Positions 1 to 14,100 of a stretch of DNA of 64,000 nucleotides are shown here, piece after piece. The number at the start of each line of letters is the position of its first letter. Position 1 is the stretch's first letter. The stretch is from Nemertoderma westbladi. Taxonomy: Eukaryota > Animalia > Xenacoelomorpha. The translations under genes and the position numbers were made by a program. The notes under the pieces were generated by a model. The model saw only the letters and a list, made by a program, of their open reading frames with translations. It was not told the origin of the DNA and did no database searches. Location: positions 62,661-126,660 of the forward strand of contig JAUCBJ010005935.1 of assembly GCA_032718475.1 (NCBI GenBank), written 5' to 3'.

Positions 1-3000
1 AATTATTATGTAGTCTTTTATTGCAAAATAATTGTTCTTTGGATCAGGGTTTATGAGATAAACAGATGGCAGTTTTCCTTGAAAGACAGTTGATATGTCC
101 AATAATGATGTTGATGGGGATGAATTTTCTGGAATATTTAATTCAGCATGGAGTGAAGGTATATCACAGCATGGGCGGGGAAGTTTTGTTGTATAGGGGG
201 TTGGTGTAGGTGTCGTGAATGTAGCTGGACATGATGTCGCTTTATACGTTGTTGGACAAGATACAGGTGTAGTTGTAGTTGTTGATTCAATACAGTCTAT
301 TATGACATTGACTGATCCATAACTATTGCAGTCATTGTTTGAGAATTTAAGTTGTAAATAAAACTCTTTGGTATCAAAACAGTCAAGCTCTTTCTTCAAA
401 ATGATCATGTAACCCTTTATTTCAAAATAATTGTTCTTTGGATCAGGGTTTATGAGATAAACATATGGCAGTTTCCCTTGAAAGACAGTTGAAATGTCCA
501 ATAATGATGTTGATGGGGATGAATTTTCTGGAATATTTAATTCAACATGGAGTGAAGGTATATCACAGCATGGGCGGGGAAGTTTTGTTGTATATGGAGT
601 TGGTGTAGGTGTCGTAAATGTAGCTGGACATGATGTCGCTTTATATGTTGTTGGACAAGATACAGGTGTAGTTGTAGTTGTTGATTCAATGCAGTCTATT
701 ATGACATTGACTGATCCATAACTATTGCAATTATTATTTGAGAATTTAAGTTGTAAATAAAACTCTTTGGTATCGAAACAGTCAAGCTCTTTCTTCAAAA
801 TTATCATGTAATCCTTTATTTCAAAATAATTGTTCTTTGGATCAGGGTTTATGAGATAAACAGATGGCAGTTTTCCTTGAAAGACAGTTGATATGTCCAA
901 TAATGATGTTGATGGGGATGAATTTTCTGGAATATTTAATTCAGCATGGAGTGAAGGTATATCACAGCAAGGGCGGGGAAGTTTTGTTGTATATGGAGTT
1001 GGTGTAGGTGTCGTGAATGTAGCTGGACATGATGTCGCTTTATATGTTGTTGGACAAGATACAGGTGTAGTTGTAGTTGTTGATTCAATGCAGTCTATTA
1101 TGACATTGACTGATCCATAACTATTGCAGTTATTATTTGAGAATTTAAGTTGTAAATAAAACTCGTTGGTATCAAAACAGTCAAGCTCTTTCTTCAAAAT
1201 TATTATGTAGTCTTTTATTGCAAAATAATTGTTCTTTGGATCAGGGTTTATGAGATAAACAGATGGCAGTTTTCCTTGAAAGACAGTTGAAATGTCCAAT
1301 AATGATGTTGTTGGGGTTGAATTTTCTGGAATATTTAATTCAACATGGAGTGAAGGTATATCACAGCATGGGCGGGGAAGTTTTGTTGTATATGGAGTTG
1401 GTGTAGGTGTCGTGAATGTAGCTGGGCATGATGTCGCTTTATATGTTGTTGGACAAGATACAGGTGTAGTTGTAGTTGTTGTTTCAATACAGTCTATTAT
1501 TACATTGACTGATCCATAACTATTGCAGTCATTGTTTGAGAATTTAAGTTGTAAATAAAACTCTTTGGTATCAAAACAGTCAAGCTCTTTCTTCAAAATT
1601 ATTATGTAGTCTTTTATTGCAAAATAATTGTTCTTTGGATCAGGGTTTATGAGATAAACAGATGGCAGTTTTCCTTGAAAGACAGTTGATATGTCCAATA
1701 ATGATGTTGATGGGGATGAATTTTCTGGAATATTTAATTCAGCATGGAGTGAAGGTATATCACAACAAGGGCGGGGAAGTTTTGTTGTATATGGAGTTGG
1801 TGTAGGTGTCGTGAATGTAGCTGGACATGATGTTGCTTTATATGTTGTTGGACAAGATACAGGTGTAGTTGTAGTTGTTGATGCAATGCAGTCTATTATG
1901 ACATTGACTGATCCATAACTATTGCAGTTATTATTTGAGAATTTAAGTTGTAAATAAAACTCTTTGGTATCGAAACAGTCAAGCTCTTTCTTTAAAATTA
2001 TCATGTAATCTTTTATTTCAAAATGATTGTTCTTTGGATCAGGGTTTATGAGATAAACAGATGGCAATTTTCCTTGAAAGACAGTTGATATGTCCAATAA
2101 TGATGTTGATGGGGATGAATTTCCTGGAATATTTAATTCAGCATGGAGTGAAGGTAAATCACAGCATGGGCGGGGAAGTTTTGTTGTATAGGGGGTTGGT
2201 GTTGGTGTCGTGAATGTAGCTGGGCATGATGTCGCTTTATATGTTGTTGGACAAGATACAGGTGTTGTTGTAGTTGTTGATTCAATGCAGTCTATTATGA
2301 TGTTTATTGAACCATAACTATTGCAGACGTTGTTTGAGAATTTAAGTTGTAAATAAAACTCTTTGGTATCAAAACAGTCAAGCTCTTTCTTCAAAATTAT
2401 TATGTAGTCTTTTATTGCAAAATAATTGTTCTTTGGATCAGGGTTTATGAGATAAACAGATGGCAGTTTTCCTTGAAAGACAGTTGATATGTCCAATAAT
2501 GATGTTGATGGGGATGAATTTTCTGGAATATTTAATTCAGCATGGAGTGAAGGTATATCACAGCATGGGCGGGGAAGTTTTGTTGTATAGGGGGTTGGTG
2601 TAGGTGTCGTGAATGTAGCTGGACATGATGTCGCTTTATACGTTGTTGGACAAGATACAGGTGTAGTTGTAGTTGTTGATTCAATACAGTCTATTATGAC
2701 ATTGACTGATCCATAACTATTGCAGTCATTGTTTGAGAATTTAAGTTGTAAATAAAACTCTTTGGTATCAAAACAGTCAAGCTCTTTCTTCAAAATGATC
2801 ATGTAACCCTTTATTTCAAAATAATTGTTCTTTGGATCAGGGTTTATGAGATAAACAGATGGCAGTTTCCCTTGAAAGACAGTTGAAATGTCCAATAATG
2901 ATGTTGATGGGGATGAATTTTCTGGAATATTTAATTCAACATGGAGTGAAGGTATATCACAGCATGGGCGGGGAAGTTTTGTTGTATATGGAGTTGGTGT

Positions 3001-6000
3001 AGGTGTCGTAAATGTAGCTGGACATGATGTCGCTTTATATGTTGTTGGACAAGATACAGGTGTAGTTGTAGTTGTTGATTCAATGCAGTCTATTATGACA
3101 TTGACTGATCCATAACTATTGCAATTATTATTTGAGAATTTAAGTTGTAAATAAAACTCTTTGGTATCGAAACAGTCAAGCTCTTTCTTCAAAATTATCA
3201 TGTAATCCTTTATTTCAAAATAATTGTTCTTTGGATCAGGGTTTATGAGATAAACAGATGGCAGTTTTCCTTGAAAGACAGTTGATATGTCCAATAATGA
3301 TGTTGATGGGGATGAATTTTCTGGAGTATTTAATTCAGCATGGAGTGAAGGTATATCACAGCAAGGGCGGGGAAGTTTTGTTGTATATGGAGTTGGTGTA
3401 GGTGTTGTGAATGTAGCTGGACATGATGTCGCTTTATATGTTGTTGGACAAGATACAGGTGTAGTTGTAGTTGTTGATTCAATGCAGTCTATTATGACAT
3501 TGACTGATCCATAACTATTGCAGTTATTATTTGAGAATTTAAGTTGTAAATAAAACTCGTTGGTATCAAAACAGTCAAGCTCTTTCTTCAAAATTATTAT
3601 GTAGTCTTTTATTGCAAAATAATTGTTCTTTGGATCAGGGTTTATGAGATAAACAGATGGCAGTTTTCCTTGAAAGACAGTTGAAATGTCCAATAATGAT
3701 GTTGGGGTTGAATTTTCTGGAATATTTAATTCAACATGGAGTGAAGGTATATCACAGCATGGGCGGGGAAGTTTTGTTGTATATGGAGTTGGTGTAGGTG
3801 TCGTGAATGTAGCTGGGCATGATGTCGCTTTATATGTTGTTGGACAAGATACAGGTGTAGTTGTAGTTGTTGTTTCAATACAGTCTATTATTACATTGAC
3901 TGATCCATAACTATTGCAGTCATTGTTTGAGAATTTAAGTTGTAAATAAAACTCTTTGGTATCAAAACAGTCAAGCTCTTTCTTCAAAATTATTATGTAG
4001 TCTTTTATTGCAAAATAATTGTTCTTTGGATCAGGGTTTATGAGATAAACAGATGGCAGTTTTCCTTGAAAGACAGTTGATATGTCCAATAATGATGTTG
4101 ATGGGGATGAATTTTCTGGAATATTTAATTCAGCATGGAGTGAAGGTATATCACAACAAGGGCGGGGAAGTTTTGTTGTATATGGAGTTGGTGTAGGTGT
4201 CGTGAATGTAGCTGGACATGATGTTGCTTTATATGTTGTTGGACAAGATACAGGTGTAGTTGTAGTTGTTGATGCAATGCAGTCTATTATGACATTGACT
4301 GATCCATAACTATTGCAGTTATTATTTGAGAATTTAAGTTGTAAATAAAACTCTTTGGTATCGAAACAGTCAAGCTCTTTCTTTAAAATTATCATGTAAT
4401 CTTTTATTTCAAAATGATTGTTCTTTGGATCAGGGTTTATGAGATAAACAGATGGCAATTTTCCTTGAAAGACAGTTGATATGTCCAATAATGATGTTGA
4501 TGGGGATGAATTTCCTGGAATATTTAATTCAGCATGGAGTGAAGGTAAATCACAGCATGGGCGGGGAAGTTTTGTTGTATAGGGGGTTGGTGTTGGTGTC
4601 GTGAATGTAGCTGGGCATGATGTCGCTTTATATGTTGTTGGACAAGATACAGGTGTTGTTGTAGTTGTTGATTCAATGCAGTCTATTATGATGTTTATTG
4701 AACCATAACTATTGCAGACCTTGTTTGAGAATTTAAGTTGTAAATAAAACTCTTTGGTATCAAAACAGTCAAGCTCTTTCTTCAAAATTATTATGTAGTC
4801 TTTTATTGCGAAATAATTGTTCTTTGGATCAGGGTTTATGAGATAAATTGATGGCAGTTTTCCTTGAAAGACAGTTGATATGTCCAATAATGATGTTGAT
4901 GGGGATGAATTTTCTGGAATATTTAATTCAGCATGGAGTGAGGGTATATCACAGCATGGGCGGGGAAGTTTTGTTGTATAGGGGGTTGGTGTAGGTGTTG
5001 TGAATGTAGCTGGACATGATGTCGCTTTATACGTTGTTGGACAAGATACAGGTGTAGTTGTAGTTGTTGATTCAATACAGTCTATTATGACATTGACTGA
5101 TCCATAACTATTGCAGTTATTGTTTGAGAATTTAAGTTGTAAATAAAACTCTTTGGTATCGAAACAGTCAAGCTCTTTCTTCAAAATGATCATGTAATCC
5201 TTTATTTCAAAATAATTGTTCTTTGGATCAGGGTTTATGAGATAAACAGATGGCAGTTTTCCTTGAAAGACATTTGAAATGTCCAATAATGATGTTGTTG
5301 GGGTTGAATTTTCTGGAATATTCAATTCAACATGGAGTGAAGGTATATCACAGCAAGGGCGGGGAAGTTTTGTTGTATATGGAGTTGGTGTAGGTGTCGT
5401 AAATGTAGCTGGACATGATGTCGCTTTATATGTTGTTGGACAAGATACAGGTGTAGTTATAGTTGTTGATTCAATGCAGTCTATTATGACATTGACTGAT
5501 CCATAACTATTGCAGTTATTATTTGAGAATTTAAGTTGTAAATAAAACTCTTTGGTATCAAAACAGTCAAGCTCTTTCTTCAAAATGATCATGTAATCGT
5601 TTATTTCAAAATAATTATTCTTTGGATCAGGGTTTATGAGATAAACAGATGGCAGTTTTCCTTGAAAGACAGTTGAAATGTCCAATAATGATGTTGTTGG
5701 GGTTGAATTTTCTGGAATATTTAATTCAACATGGAGTGAAGGTATATCACAGCAAGGGCGGGGAAGTTTTGTTGTATATGGAGTTGGTGTAGGTGTCGTG
5801 AATGTAGCTGGACATGATGTCGCTTTATATGTTGTTGGACAAGATACAGGTGTAGTTGTAGTTGTTGCTTCAATACAGTCTATTATTACATTGACTGATC
5901 CATAACTATTGCAGTCATTGTTTGAGAATTTAAGTTGTAAATAAAACTCTTTGGTATCAAAACAGTCAAGCTCTTTCTTCAAAATGATCATATAATCTTT

Positions 6001-8150
6001 TATTTTAAAATAATTGTTCTTTGGATCAGGGTTTATGATATAAACAGATGGCAGTTTTCCTTGAAAGACAGTTGAAATGTCCAATAATGATGTTGTTGGG
6101 GTTGAATTTTCTGGAATATTTAATTCAACATGGAGTGAAGGTATATCACAGCAAGGGCGGGGAAGTTTTGTTGTATATGGAGTTGGTGTAGGTGTCGTGA
6201 ATGTAGCTGGACATGATGTCGCTTTATATGTTGTTGGACAAGATACAGGTGTAGTTGTAGTTGTTGCTTCAATACAGTCTATTATTACATTGACTGATCC
6301 ATAACTATTGCAGTCATTGTTTGAGAATTTAAGTTGTAAATAAAACTCTTTGGTATCAAAACAGTCAAGCTCTTTCTTCAAAATTATAATGTAGTCTTTT
6401 ATTGCAAAATAATTGTTCTTTGGATCAGGGTTTATGAGATAAACAGATGGCAGTTTTCCTTGAAAGACAGTTGATATGTCCAATAATGATGTTGATGGGG
6501 ATGAATTTTCTGGAATATTTAATTCAGCATGGAGTGAAGGTATATCACAACAAGGGCGGGGAAGTTTTGTTGTATACGGAGTTGGTGTAGGTGTCGTGAA
6601 TGTAGCTGGACATGATGTTGCTTTATATGTTGTTGGACAAGATACAGGTGTAGTTGTAGTTGTTGATTCAATGCAGTCTATTATGACATTGACTGATCCA
6701 TAACTATTGCAGTTATTATTTGAGAATTTAAGTTGTAAATAAAACTCTTTGGTATCGAAACAGTCAAGCTCTTTCTTTAAAATTATTATGTAGTCTTTTA
6801 TTGCAAAATAATTGTTCTTTGGATCAGGGTTTATGAGATGAACAGATGGCAGTTTTCCTTGAAAGACAGTTGATATGTCCAATAATGATGTTGATGGGGA
6901 TGAATTTTCTGGAATATTTAATTCAGCATGGAGTGAAGGTATATCACAACAAGGGCGGGGAAGTTTTGTTGTATATGGAGTTGGTGTAGGTGTCGTGAAT
7001 GTAGCTGGACATGATGTTGCTTTATATGTTGTTGGACAAGATACAGGTGTAGTTGTAGTTGTTGATTCAATGCAGTCTATTATGACATTGACTGATCCAT
7101 AACTATTGCAGTTATTATTTGAGAATTTAAGTTGTAAATAAAACTCTTTGGTATCAAAACAGTCAAGCTCTTTTTTCAAAATTATTATGTAGTCTTTTAT
7201 TGCAAAATAATTGTTCTTTGGGTCAGGGTTTATGAGATGAACAGATGGCAGTTTTCCTTGAAAGACAGTTGATATGTCCAATAATGATGTTGATGGGGAT
7301 GAATTTTCTGGAATATTTAATTCAGCATGGAGTGAAGGTATATCACAACAAGGGCGGGGAAGTTTTGTTGTATATGGAGTTGGTGTAGGTGTCGTGAATG
7401 TAGCTGGACATGATGTTGCTTTATATGTTGTTGGACAAGATACAGGTGTAGTTGTAGTTGTTGATTCAATGCAGTCTATTATGACATTGACTGATCCATA
7501 ACTATTGCAGTTATTATTTGAGAATTTAAGTTGTAAATAAAACTCTTTGATATCAAAACAGTCAAGCTCTTTCTTCAAAATTATTATGTAGTCTTTTATT
7601 GCAAAATAATTGTTCTTTGGATCAGGGTTTATGAGATAAACAGATGGCAGTTTTCCTTGAAAGACAGTTGATATGTCCAATAATGATGTTGATGGGGATG
7701 AATTTTCTGGAATATTTAATTCTGCATGGAGTGAAGGTATGTCACAACAAGGGCGGGGAAGTTTTGTTGTATACGGAGTTGGTGTAGGTGTCGTGAATGT
7801 AGCTGGGCATGATGTCGCTTTATATGTTGTTGGACAAGATACAGGTGTTGTTGTAGTTGTTGATTCAATGCAGTCTATTACGATGTTTATTGAACCATAA
7901 CTATTGCAGTTTTTGTTTGAGAATTTAAGTTGTAAATAAAACTCCTTGGTGTCAAAACAATCTAATTCTTTCATCAAAATTAATATATAGTCATTTAGAG
8001 CAAAATAATTATTTTTTGGATCCTGATTTATAATAAATACTGAAGGTAGTTGTCCATGAAGCATTATTGATGAATCCAATAACTGTGTTGATGGCATTGT
8101 GTTATCTGGGATAGATAAATCAGCATGGAAAGAGGGGAGGTCGCAGCAGT
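1..8150 (-). repeat. Coding tandem array A, 399-bp unit (133 aa), 20 copies plus one diverged lead copy, continues off window
   Basis: Landmarks recur every 399 bp from 95 to 7673, with one 396-bp copy near 3700. Unit: PCCDIPSLHAELNIPENSSPSTSLLDISTVFQGKLPSVYLINPDPKNNYFAIKDYIIILKKELDCFDTKEFYLQLKFSNNDCNSYGSVNVIIDCIESTTTTTPVSCPTTYKATSCPATFTTPTPTPYTTKLPR. Confidence 0.97.
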
Positions 8151-11100
8151 TTATGGGTAAATTTGTAGGACAAGGTGTTGGGGGAGGCATTGTTGGTAAA
8201 ACCTCAAATACTGGACAAATCAATGGACAGAGAGGTTGTAACAACATCTCAGAAATAGCTATTGGATATCGATTTGGTTGTAAAATATCAATATCATTGA
8301 GTGAATTTCGGAGCTGCACACTGCTTGCAAGTATTGGATTTGTACCATCAATGATAATTGCCATTAAAATTATTGCATATGTAGACAAAACCTCATTGCA
8401 ATCAGTGTCATAATGTTGTTTAATTGCATATATAGATGTCCGAAATGAATTGGGAGTTTCTGCATTAAGCTCTGCCAAGAAGTCTCGTTCCTTGGAAGCA
8501 ATAACAGATGGGTCTTCTTCTTTTGTAAGCAATATTAATTGGTAATCTTCATTAGTTACACAAATATCAATATTAACACTATTGCTTTCAGATGTCCCAA
8601 TATCTGTTGCTCTAGCAACACATTGAAAACATTCACCTTTTAGTGCTGTAATATAATCTGATGTTCGTAGTATACCAGTTGTTCTGTCAATAGTAAATGA
8701 CAAACATTTGTTAGAACTAACTAGACTATATTCTGTTCTTCCATTTCCAACAGTGTCTTTATCACTTGTGGTGAGTGTAGCAATGAAGCTGTGTGGAGCT
8801 ACACAAGCATCTAAAATGAATTGATATTCGTTATCAAATTGTGGAGGATTGTCATTTGTATCCAGAATTGAAACATCAATAACAGCTATAGCCTCGCATA
8901 ATGCTCCAATCAAATTAACTTTAACTATATGCCTGTCATTGATTTCAAAATCGGAATTAACAATATCAACTGCCTTGTTTCTAACTAGAAAGTTGTTTAA
9001 GTCACTTCCACTGCTGACGCTACCAATACTAATACTCTGTAAAGACCCCAAATTGATATAATCATGGAGTTCCACAAATTGTGTATTTTCTGTTATCTCC
9101 ACAGCATTATATAAGCCATAACACCAGTCTGGTAGCTGGGACGAGCATCTACTGGCACATCTTATGGCATCGTAGTGATCGATATAATTCAAACCATTAC
9201 TTAGAAGTTCTGCAGTTACATCAGTAAGATCACTACTTATTAATGTATATATCTGGTTGGTATTCATGAGTTTGTATTCATCATTAGTAGAAAAGTCACT
9301 TAAACGCACTGCAGTGAATTCAACTGTTGTTTCAGCTGTTTTAAGGACGCAATTCTTATCATACCGCGCATGTGCATTATTTACAATAATATGATTTTGT
9401 TTTAAATTTAATGTGTTTGAAAGTATTTGTTTCACTTGTTCAATCGACTTTTCAACCTCATTCAGTGGATTATTGAAGTGGATGGCAGCTAAATTAGAAG
9501 CAGTTTGAACACAAAGATTAGCATTTGTGCGCTTGCTATGCTCACCTTGATCTACAACTTGTGGTATACATAATTTGCATGCTCCTATTTCACTTTCAAC
9601 AGGCTCTCTCTCAAGACGAACCATACCTGTTTTATCATTAACAGAAAATGGTGCACAATTTGTTAAACTGTATGTGAGTTCATCTAAAGGGTCTGCATCT
9701 TGGGCGATAAGTTTAACTACTTCAGTCCCCAATTTATCACATTCATTAGCTACACCAAAAAAGGTATTTTCAGTGAACCGTGGAAATTCATCATTTATGT
9801 TTTGTACATTGATAGTCACTGTAGCAAAACGTACACAATGTTGCAATAAAACTTTGACGCTGAGAATGTATTTAGTTGAACCTTCATCATAGTTAAGTGC
9901 AGAAATTGTTACTATTTTATTTGGATTTTCTACACCAAATAGACCTTGAATGTCCCCTTTAACAATTTCAATTTCAGTTACACCATCAACATTTATAATC
10001 CCAACTTCAGCACCAGCAATATTTTCATCTACCTTGAATTCTTCATAAATTGCATCTGAAAAGATACATGATACCATTGGAGTTGTAGTAGGGCACTGTA
10101 TTGGTTCAGCTGTTGTAGTAATTTCAATACAATCAATATTTATGTTTAATGACCCATAACTGTTACAGTTGTTATTGAACAATTTAAGTTGTAAATAAAA
10201 CTCTTTGGTATCGAAACAGTCAAGCTCTTTCATCAACAGAATCTTATAGTCTTTTACAGTGAAATAATTGTTCTTTGGATCTGGATTTATCAGATAAACA
10301 GATGGCAGTTTTCCTTGAAAGACTGCTGATATGTCTAATAATGATGTTGATATTGGTGAATTTTCTGGAATAGTCAATTCAGCATGGAGTGAAGGTATAT
10401 CACAGCATGGACGGGGAAGTTTTGTTGTATATGGGGTTGGTGTAGGTGTCGTGAGTGTAGCTGGGCATGATGTCGCTTTATATGTAGTTGGACAAGATAC
10501 AGGAGTAGTTGTAGTTGTTGATTCAATGCAGTCTATTATGACATTTACTGAACCATAACTATTGCAATTATTATCTGAGAATTTAAGTTGTAAATAAAAC
10601 TCTTTGGTATCGAAACAGTCAAGCTCTTTCATCAACAGTATCTTATAGTCTTTTACAGCGAAATAATTTTTCTTTGGATCTGGATTTATCAGATATACAG
10701 ATGGGACTTTTCCTTGAAAGACTGCTGATATGTCCAATAATGATGTTGATATTGGTGAATTATCTGGAATAGATAATTCAACATGGAGTGACGGTATATC
10801 ACAGCAAGGGCGGGGAAGTTTAGTTGTATATGGGGTTGGTGTATGTGTCGTGAATGTAGCTGGGCATGATGTTGCTTTATATGTTGTTGGACAAGATACA
10901 GGAGTTGTTGTAGTTGTTGATTCAATGCAGTCTATTATGACATTTACTGAACCATAACTTTTACAGTTGTTGTTAGAAAACTTAAGTTGTAAATAAAACT
11001 CTTTGGTATCGAAACAGTCAAGCTCATTCATCAACAGTATCTTATAGTCTTTTACAGCGAAATAATTGTTCTTTGGATCTGGATTTATCAGATAAACAGA

Positions 11101-14100
11101 TGGGAGTTTTCCTTGAAAAATTGCTGATATGTCCAATAATGATGTTGATATTGGTGAATTATCTGGAATAGATAATTCAACATGGAGTGAAGGTATATCA
11201 CAGCATGGGTGGGGAAGTTTAGTTGTATATGGGGTTGGTGTAGGTGTCGTGAATGTAGCTGGGCATGATGTTGCTTTATATGTTGTTGGACAAGATACAG
11301 GAGTAGTTGTAGTTGTTGATTCAATGCAGTCTATTATGACATTTACTGAACCATAACTTTTACAGTTGTTGTTAGAAAATTTAAGTTGCAAATAAAACTC
11401 TTTGGTATCGAAACAGTCAAGCTCTTTCATCAACAGTATCTTATAGTCTTTTACAGCGAAGTAATTGTTCTTTGGATCTGGATTTATCAGATAAACAGAT
11501 GGGAGTTTTCCTTGAAAGACTGCTGATATGTCCAATAATGACGTTGATATTGGTGAATTATCTGGAATAGATAATTCTGCATGTAGTGAAGGTATATCAC
11601 AGCATGGGTGGGGAAGTTTTGTTGTATAGGGAGTTGGAGTAGGTGTTGTTAAAGTAGCAGGACATGTTGTTGCTTTATAAGTAGTTGGACAAGGTACAGG
11701 AGTAGTTGTAGTTGTTGATTCAATGCAGTCTATTATGATATTTACTGAACCATAACTTTTACAGTTGTTGTTAGAAAACTTAAGTTGCAAATAAAACTCT
11801 TTGGTATCGAAACAGTCAAGCTCTTTCATCAACAGTATCTTATAGTCTTTTACAGCGAAATAATTGTTCTTTGGATCTGGATTTATCATATAAACAGATG
11901 GCCATTTTCCTTGAAAGACAGTAGATATGTCCAATAATGATGTTGATGGGGATGAATTTTCTGGAATATTTAATTCAGCATGGAGTGAAGGTATATCACA
12001 GCAAGGGCGGGGAAGTTTTGTTGTATAGGGAGTTGGAGTAGGTGTTGTTAAAGTAGCAGGACATGTTGTTGCTTTATAAGTAGTTGGACAAGATACAGGA
12101 GTAGCTGTAGTTGTTGATTCAATGCAGTCTATTATGAAATTTATTGAACCATATCTTTTACAGTTGTTGTTAGAAAACTTAAGTTGCAAATAAAACTCCT
12201 TGGTATCGAAACAGTCAAGCTCTTTCATCAACAGTATCTTATAGTCTTTTACAGCGAAATAATTGTTCTTTGGATCTGGATTTATCAGATAAACAGATGG
12301 GAGTTTTCCTTGAAAGACTGCTGATATGTCCAATAATGATGTTGATATTGGTGAATTATCTGGAATAGATAATTCTGCATGTAGTGAAGGTATATCACAG
12401 CATGGGCGGGGAAGTTTTGTTGTACAAGGTGTTGGAGTAGGTGTTGTTAAAATAGCTGGGCATGATGTCGCTTTATATGTTGTTGGACAAGATACCGGAA
12501 TAGTTGTAGTTGTGGATTCAATGCAGTCTATTATGACATTTACTGAACCATAACTTCTACAGTTGTTGTTAGAAAACTTAAGTTGCAAATAAAACTCTTT
12601 GGTATCGAAACAGTCAAGCTCTTTCATCAACAGTATCTTATAGTCTTTTACAACGAAATAATTGTTCTTTGGATCTGGATTTATCAGATAAACAGATGGC
12701 CATTTTCCTTGAAAGACTGCTGATATGTCCAATAATGATGTTGATATTGGTGAATTATCTGGAATAGATAATTCTGCATGTAGTGAAGGTATATCACAGC
12801 ATGGGCGGGGAAGTTTTGTTGTATAGGGAGTTGGAGTAGGTGTTGTTAAAGTAGCAGGACATGTTGTTGCTTTATAAGTAGTTGGACAAGATACAGGAGT
12901 AGCTGTAGTTGTTGATTCAATGCAGTCTATTATGACATTTATTGAACCATATCTTTTACAGTTGTTGTTAGAAAACTTAAGTTGCAAATAAAACTCCTTG
13001 GTATCGAAACAGTCAAGCTCTTTCATCAACAGTATCTTATAGTCTTTTACAGCGAAATAATTGTTCTTTGGATCTGGATTTATCAGATAAACAGATGGGA
13101 GTTTTCCTTGAAAGACTGCTGATATGTCCAATAATGATGTTGATATTGGTGAATTATCTGGAATAGATAATTCTGCATGTAGTGAAGGTATATCACAGCA
13201 TGGGCGGGGAAGTTTTGTTGTACAAGGTGTTGGAGTAGGTGTTGTTAAAATAGCTGGGCATGATGTCGCTTTATATGTTGTTGGACAAGATACCGGAGTA
13301 GTTGTAGTTGTGGATTCAATGCAGTCTATTATGACATTTACTGATCCATAACTATTACAGTTGTTGTTGGAGAATTTAAGTTGTAAATAGAACTCTTTGG
13401 TATCAAAACAGTCAAGCTCTTTCTTCAAAATTATTATGTAGTCTTTTATAGCAAAATAATTGTTCTTTGGATCAGGGTTTATGAGATAAACAGATGGCAG
13501 TTTTCCTTGAAATACTGCTGATATGTCCAATAATGATGTTGATGTTAGTGAATTATCTGGAATAGATAATTCAGCATGTAGTGAAGGTATATCACAGCAT
13601 GGGCGGGGAAGTTTTGTTGTACAAGGTGTTGGAGTAGGTGTTGTTAAAATAGCTGGGCATGATGTCGCTTTATATGTTGTTGGACAAGATACCGGAGTAG
13701 TTGTAGTTGTTGATTCAATGCAGTCTATTATGACATTTACTGAACCATAACTTCTACAGTTGTTGTTAGAAAACTTAAGTTGCAAATAAAACTCTTTGGT
13801 ATCGAAACAGTCAAGCTCTTTCATCAACAGTATCTTATAGTCGTTTACAACGAAATAATTGTTCTTTGGATCTGGATTTATCAGATAAACAGATGGGAGT
13901 TTTCCTTGAAAGACTGCTGATATGTCCAATAATGATGTTGATATTGGTGAATTATCTGGAATAGATAATTCTGCATGTAGTGAAGGTATATCACAGCATG
14001 GGCGGGGAAGTTTTGTTGTATAGGGAGTTGGAGTAGGTGTTGTTAAAGTAGCAGGACATGTTGTTGCTTTATAAGTAGTTGGACAAGATACAGGAGTAGT

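Noticed and set aside
8340-8390. VLSTYAIILMAIII as a transmembrane helix
   Set aside because: Too short, sits at the position of a beta-strand in the MAD-like domain, and extracellular-type repeats continue after it.
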